DNA of 64,000 nucleotides from Escherichia coli (GTDB lineage Bacteria; Pseudomonadota; Gammaproteobacteria; Enterobacterales; Enterobacteriaceae): NCBI RefSeq assembly GCF_044324785.1, contig NZ_CP172127.1; one strand, 5' to 3'. Shown piece by piece: positions 60,341 to 64,000 of this stretch (position 1 is its first letter; each line of letters starts with the position of its first letter). The notes under the pieces were generated by a model. It saw only the letters and a program-made list of their open reading frames with translations, ran no database searches and was not told where the DNA came from. The position numbers and the translations under genes were made by a program.

Positions 60341-60373
60341 TGGCAATAACATAAATTCTGCAAAAATAATTTT

Positions 60374-60400
60374 CCCCTATCGTTATCTATGGGATAGGGG
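60374..60400 (-). terminator. Terminator hairpin downstream of ytfI (CCCCTATC...GATAGGGG), T-rich on minus strand
   Basis: Seen directly. Confidence 0.55.
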
Positions 60401-60429
60401 AATTAAGCCTCTGAGTTCTTACGCTGAAC

Positions 60430-61341
60430 TCATACTGGTAACGCTAGTTGCTTTTTTTTAAACGCCTCAATGGTCGATTTATATTTCTCGCAAATCTTTT
60501 CTTCGGTAATATCACTATCTGCGGCCAGATTCGCACTTACTATCGCATCCACTTGTTCGGCTAATTCGACTTGTTGGCAACCTGCATTAACCAGAAAATT
60601 ATAAATAAGAGAGTAATCTTCATCCTCCAAAACAACAGAGGAACCATTACGAAAACGTTCATCCCCTCCATAGATTTTAAGCGCAAAGCCCAAAGATTCT
60701 ATGACTATGGCAAAATTATCATCAATTATTTTTTCGTAAATATACCATCCATCGCATTCTTTAATTCCACCTCCTGGAATTTGGAGGTCAAATTTACCCC
60801 GTTTTAATTTACTTACTATATCATCCAATACAGCATAACCTAAAGACACGTCACCAAACGCCTGGCGAATATAACCTTTAATCCTTTCCGGTATGTCAGA
60901 CTGTTTTTTCTGCAGAATATCCCAGGCATACAATCTTCTGTTTTGTTCTAACGGAAACTCGCGGTTTTTGAAATCCATGAATGAGTTATACTCATTTATT
61001 GTTATGGGAATTTCTTCGTATTCAAATCCACTGCCTCGCAATGTCATTATATATTCGGCACCGTTATCTTTAAGGCTGAAACTGATAAGAAACTTATCCA
61101 TGGCGTTAACAGTTTCATTTTTTGATGAAAGTACCTGATAACTATTTTTATCAATCTGAGTTGCGCAACGAAAGAACTCCCGCAAAGTTAACAGGCTATC
61201 ATAATTCGAAATCCAATCTTTTTTATTAAATGCATGCTGGATATTGTTAAAAAAATTGTTTGAATGTGTTTTTGTATGCGATGATTTTACGAATAACTCC
61301 ACCGCACCAATAAAATTATTGTGTCTGATCCTGGGTAACAT
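60430..61341 (-). CDS. ytfI: Uncharacterised AT-rich protein
   Basis: 303-aa ORF as given in the track; no recognisable motif; start not verified. Confidence 0.75.
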   Translation of the reverse strand: MLPRIRHNNFIGAVELFVKSSHTKTHSNNFFNNIQHAFNKKDWISNYDSLLTLREFFRCATQIDKNSYQVLSSKNETVNAMDKFLISFSLKDNGAEYIMTLRGSGFEYEEIPITINEYNSFMDFKNREFPLEQNRRLYAWDILQKKQSDIPERIKGYIRQAFGDVSLGYAVLDDIVSKLKRGKFDLQIPGGGIKECDGWYIYEKIIDDNFAIVIESLGFALKIYGGDERFRNGSSVVLEDEDYSLIYNFLVNAGCQQVELAEQVDAIVSANLAADSDITEEKICEKYKSTIEAFKKKQLALPV

Positions 61342-61552
61342 ATGGCTACCTTATTTTATTTGGTTATTTTATGTCGCCATTAAATATCTCATTATAGAAG
61401 TAAACTATCAAAAAACGCTCATTATTAAAATGTAACTTATTAGCAATTGAATTTTTGCACTTTAAATACAATCTCTTTTTATTTATAACTTTTTAGGTTG
61501 GGAGAAATCAGGATGGCAGATTCAGGAAATACACTGTTTCTGCCATCTGAAT

Positions 61553-62293
61553 TTAGTAAATAGACACTCTGAATCCCGGATTCAGGAACGACTCGCGCGG
61601 AGTGTAATCCAGCGGTTTACCCTGCCAGTCGTGAACGTGCGCTCCGGCAGCTGCAGCCACAGCATGACCAGCGGCGGTATCCCAAATATTCGTTGGTCCG
61701 AAGCGCGGGTACAGCTGCGCCTGCCCTTCCGCCACCAGGCAGAATTTCAGCGAAGAGCCGATGGACGTGGTCTGATGTTCGCCAAGCTGTTGCAGATACT
61801 CTTTCAGCTCCGCATCTGCATGGGAACGGCTAATAACGACCAATGGCGGGCGCGCATCGCGGACCTGAATCTGCTTGCGCACGCCGCACTCTTCTTTCCA
61901 CGCTTTGCCTTCTGCCGCGCTGTACATTACGTTCATTACCGGCGCATACACCACGCCTAAAATCGGTTTTCCATGGTCAATGAGCGCAATGTTAACGGTG
62001 AATTCGCCATTACGTTTAATAAACTCTTTAGTACCATCCAGTGGGTCTACCAGCCAGTAACGCTGCCAGTGCTGACGGACTTCCCAACCGGGAGGATCTT
62101 CTTCAGAAAGCACCGGAATATCCGGTGTCAGCGTACGTAAACCGTCCATGATAACGGTGTGTGCGGCAATATCCGCTGCCGTTACCGGAGAATTGTCCGC
62201 TTTGCTGACGACGTCCATCGGTTTCGTCCCGTCGTAGACCTGCATAATGGCATCGCCTGCATTCCGTGCAAGCTGGCATACTTGATCTAACAT
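61553..62293 (-). CDS. cysQ: 3'(2'),5'-bisphosphate nucleotidase
   Basis: 246 aa; inositol-monophosphatase-family motifs DPLDGT and WDTAAG. Confidence 0.95.
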   Translation of the reverse strand: MLDQVCQLARNAGDAIMQVYDGTKPMDVVSKADNSPVTAADIAAHTVIMDGLRTLTPDIPVLSEEDPPGWEVRQHWQRYWLVDPLDGTKEFIKRNGEFTVNIALIDHGKPILGVVYAPVMNVMYSAAEGKAWKEECGVRKQIQVRDARPPLVVISRSHADAELKEYLQQLGEHQTTSIGSSLKFCLVAEGQAQLYPRFGPTNIWDTAAGHAVAAAAGAHVHDWQGKPLDYTPRESFLNPGFRVSIY

Positions 62294-62482
62294 TTCTCCA
62301 CCTCGTCTCTGTGAGCGGTGTTAACTTATTGTTTTACTTATACCCTATCGTTAATGAATGCGCCAACTGTGATAGTGTCATCATTTTCAAAGCGTAAAAT
62401 TGTGGCATTCTTCACTGTTCTATAAGTAAGACGTTTATTCTCCCTTTTCTTTCGTATTCCCGATGATAAAAGGATGTCCCTG

Positions 62483-64000
62483 ATGATTAAGTTTAGCGCA
62501 ACGCTCCTGGCCACGCTGATTGCCGCCAGTGTGAATGCAGCGACGGTCGATCTGCGTATCATGGAAACCACTGATCTGCATAGCAACATGATGGATTTCG
62601 ATTATTACAAAGACACCGCCACGGAAAAATTCGGACTGGTACGTACGGCAAGCCTGATTAACGATGCCCGCAATGAAGTGAAAAACAGCGTACTGGTCGA
62701 TAACGGCGATTTGATTCAGGGGAGTCCGCTGGCAGATTACATGTCGGCGAAAGGATTAAAAGCAGGTGATATTCACCCGGTCTATAAGGCATTAAATACG
62801 CTGGACTATACCGTCGGCACGCTTGGCAACCACGAGTTTAACTACGGTCTGGATTATCTGAAAAATGCGCTGGCGGGAGCGAAATTCCCTTATGTAAATG
62901 CCAACGTCATTGACGCCAGAACCAAACAGCCAATGTTTACACCGTATTTAATTAAAGACACCGAAGTGGTCGATAAAGACGGAAAAAAACAGACGCTGAA
63001 GATTGGCTATATTGGCGTCGTCCCGCCACAAATCATGGGCTGGGATAAAGCTAATTTATCCGGGAAAGTGACGGTGAATGATATTACCGAAACCGTGCGC
63101 AAATACGTGCCTGAAATGCGCGAGAAAGGTGCCGATGTCGTTGTCGTTCTGGCGCATTCTGGTCTGTCTGCCGATCCGTATAAAGTGATGGCGGAAAACT
63201 CAGTTTATTACCTCAGTGAAATTCCGGGTGTTAACGCCATTATGTTTGGTCATGCTCACGCCGTTTTCCCGGGTAAAGATTTTGCTGATATCGAAGGGGC
63301 TGATATCGCCAAAGGCACGCTGAATGGTGTTCCGGCGGTAATGCCAGGCATGTGGGGCGATCATCTTGGTGTGGTCGACTTACAACTCAGTAATGACAGC
63401 GGTAAATGGCAGGTGACGCAGGCGAAAGCGGAAGCACGGCCGATTTACGACATCGCGAATAAAAAATCCCTCGCGGCGGAAGACAGCAAGCTGGTAGAAA
63501 CACTCAAAGCCGATCACGATGCCACACGCCAGTTCGTCAGCAAGCCAATCGGTAAATCTGCCGACAATATGTATAGCTATCTGGCGCTTGTGCAGGACGA
63601 TCCGACCGTGCAGGTGGTGAACAACGCGCAAAAAGCGTATGTCGAGCATTACATTCAGGGCGATCCGGATCTGGCAAAACTGCCGGTGCTTTCAGCTGCC
63701 GCACCGTTTAAAGTTGGTGGTCGCAAAAATGACCCGGCAAGCTATGTGGAGGTGGAAAAAGGTCAGCTGACTTTCCGTAATGCCGCCGATCTTTATCTCT
63801 ATCCCAATACGCTGATTGTGGTGAAAGCCAGCGGTAAAGAGGTGAAAGAGTGGCTGGAGTGCTCCGCCGGACAGTTTAACCAGATTGATCCTAACAGCAC
63901 GAAACCACAGTCACTCATCAACTGGGATGGTTTCCGCACTTATAACTTTGATGTTATTGATGGTGTGAATTATCAGATTGATGTTACCCAACCCGCCCGC
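62483..64000 (+). CDS. cpdB: 2',3'-cyclic-nucleotide 2'-phosphodiesterase/3'-nucleotidase (5' portion, runs off window end)
   Basis: Open frame from [22 protein letters not shown] (signal peptide) to window end; GNHEF metallophosphatase motif; not in ORF track because there is no stop in the window. Confidence 0.9.

Overview
This window reads as Escherichia coli chromosome, the region that in K-12 runs from leuX to cpdB, here in reverse orientation. Almost every long ORF is a recognisable core gene in the usual order: leuX, ahr, idnK-DOTR, yjgR, lptGF, pepA, holC, valS, yjgN, yjgM, rraB, argI, yjgL, tabA, bdcR, bdcA, yjgH, pyrLBI, ridA, mgtA/mgtL, treRBC, nrdDG, cybC, pmbA, yjgA, mpl, fbp, yjfF-ytfTRQ, ppa, chpBS, ytfP, tamBA, msrA, ytfL, ytfK, ytfJ, ytfI, cysQ and cpdB (3' partial). 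All intergenic gaps are accounted for by promoters, terminators, leader/attenuator elements and REP/BIME repeats; I see no CRISPR array, IS element or rRNA. The only clearly accessory DNA is the first ~2.6 kb: a P4-family tyrosine integrase next to the 3' end of tRNA-Leu (leuX), followed by an HNH-nuclease-domain gene, which is the proximal edge of a leuX-integrated island running off the window. That nuclease is the best candidate for something defence-related, but the rest of the island is outside the window and I do not find a convincing undescribed multi-gene system inside it. Other points worth a second look are a 21-bp tandem repeat inside yjgL, AT-rich uncharacterised genes (yjgL, ytfI, yjgN), the P-loop ATPase yjgR and an intact cybC. 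CDS coordinates come from the ORF track with starts re-chosen at internal ATGs; the track evidently reports GTG/TTG starts as M. Hairpin and repeat coordinates were read by eye and may be off by a few bases. Gene names are from recognition of the translated proteins, not from any search.
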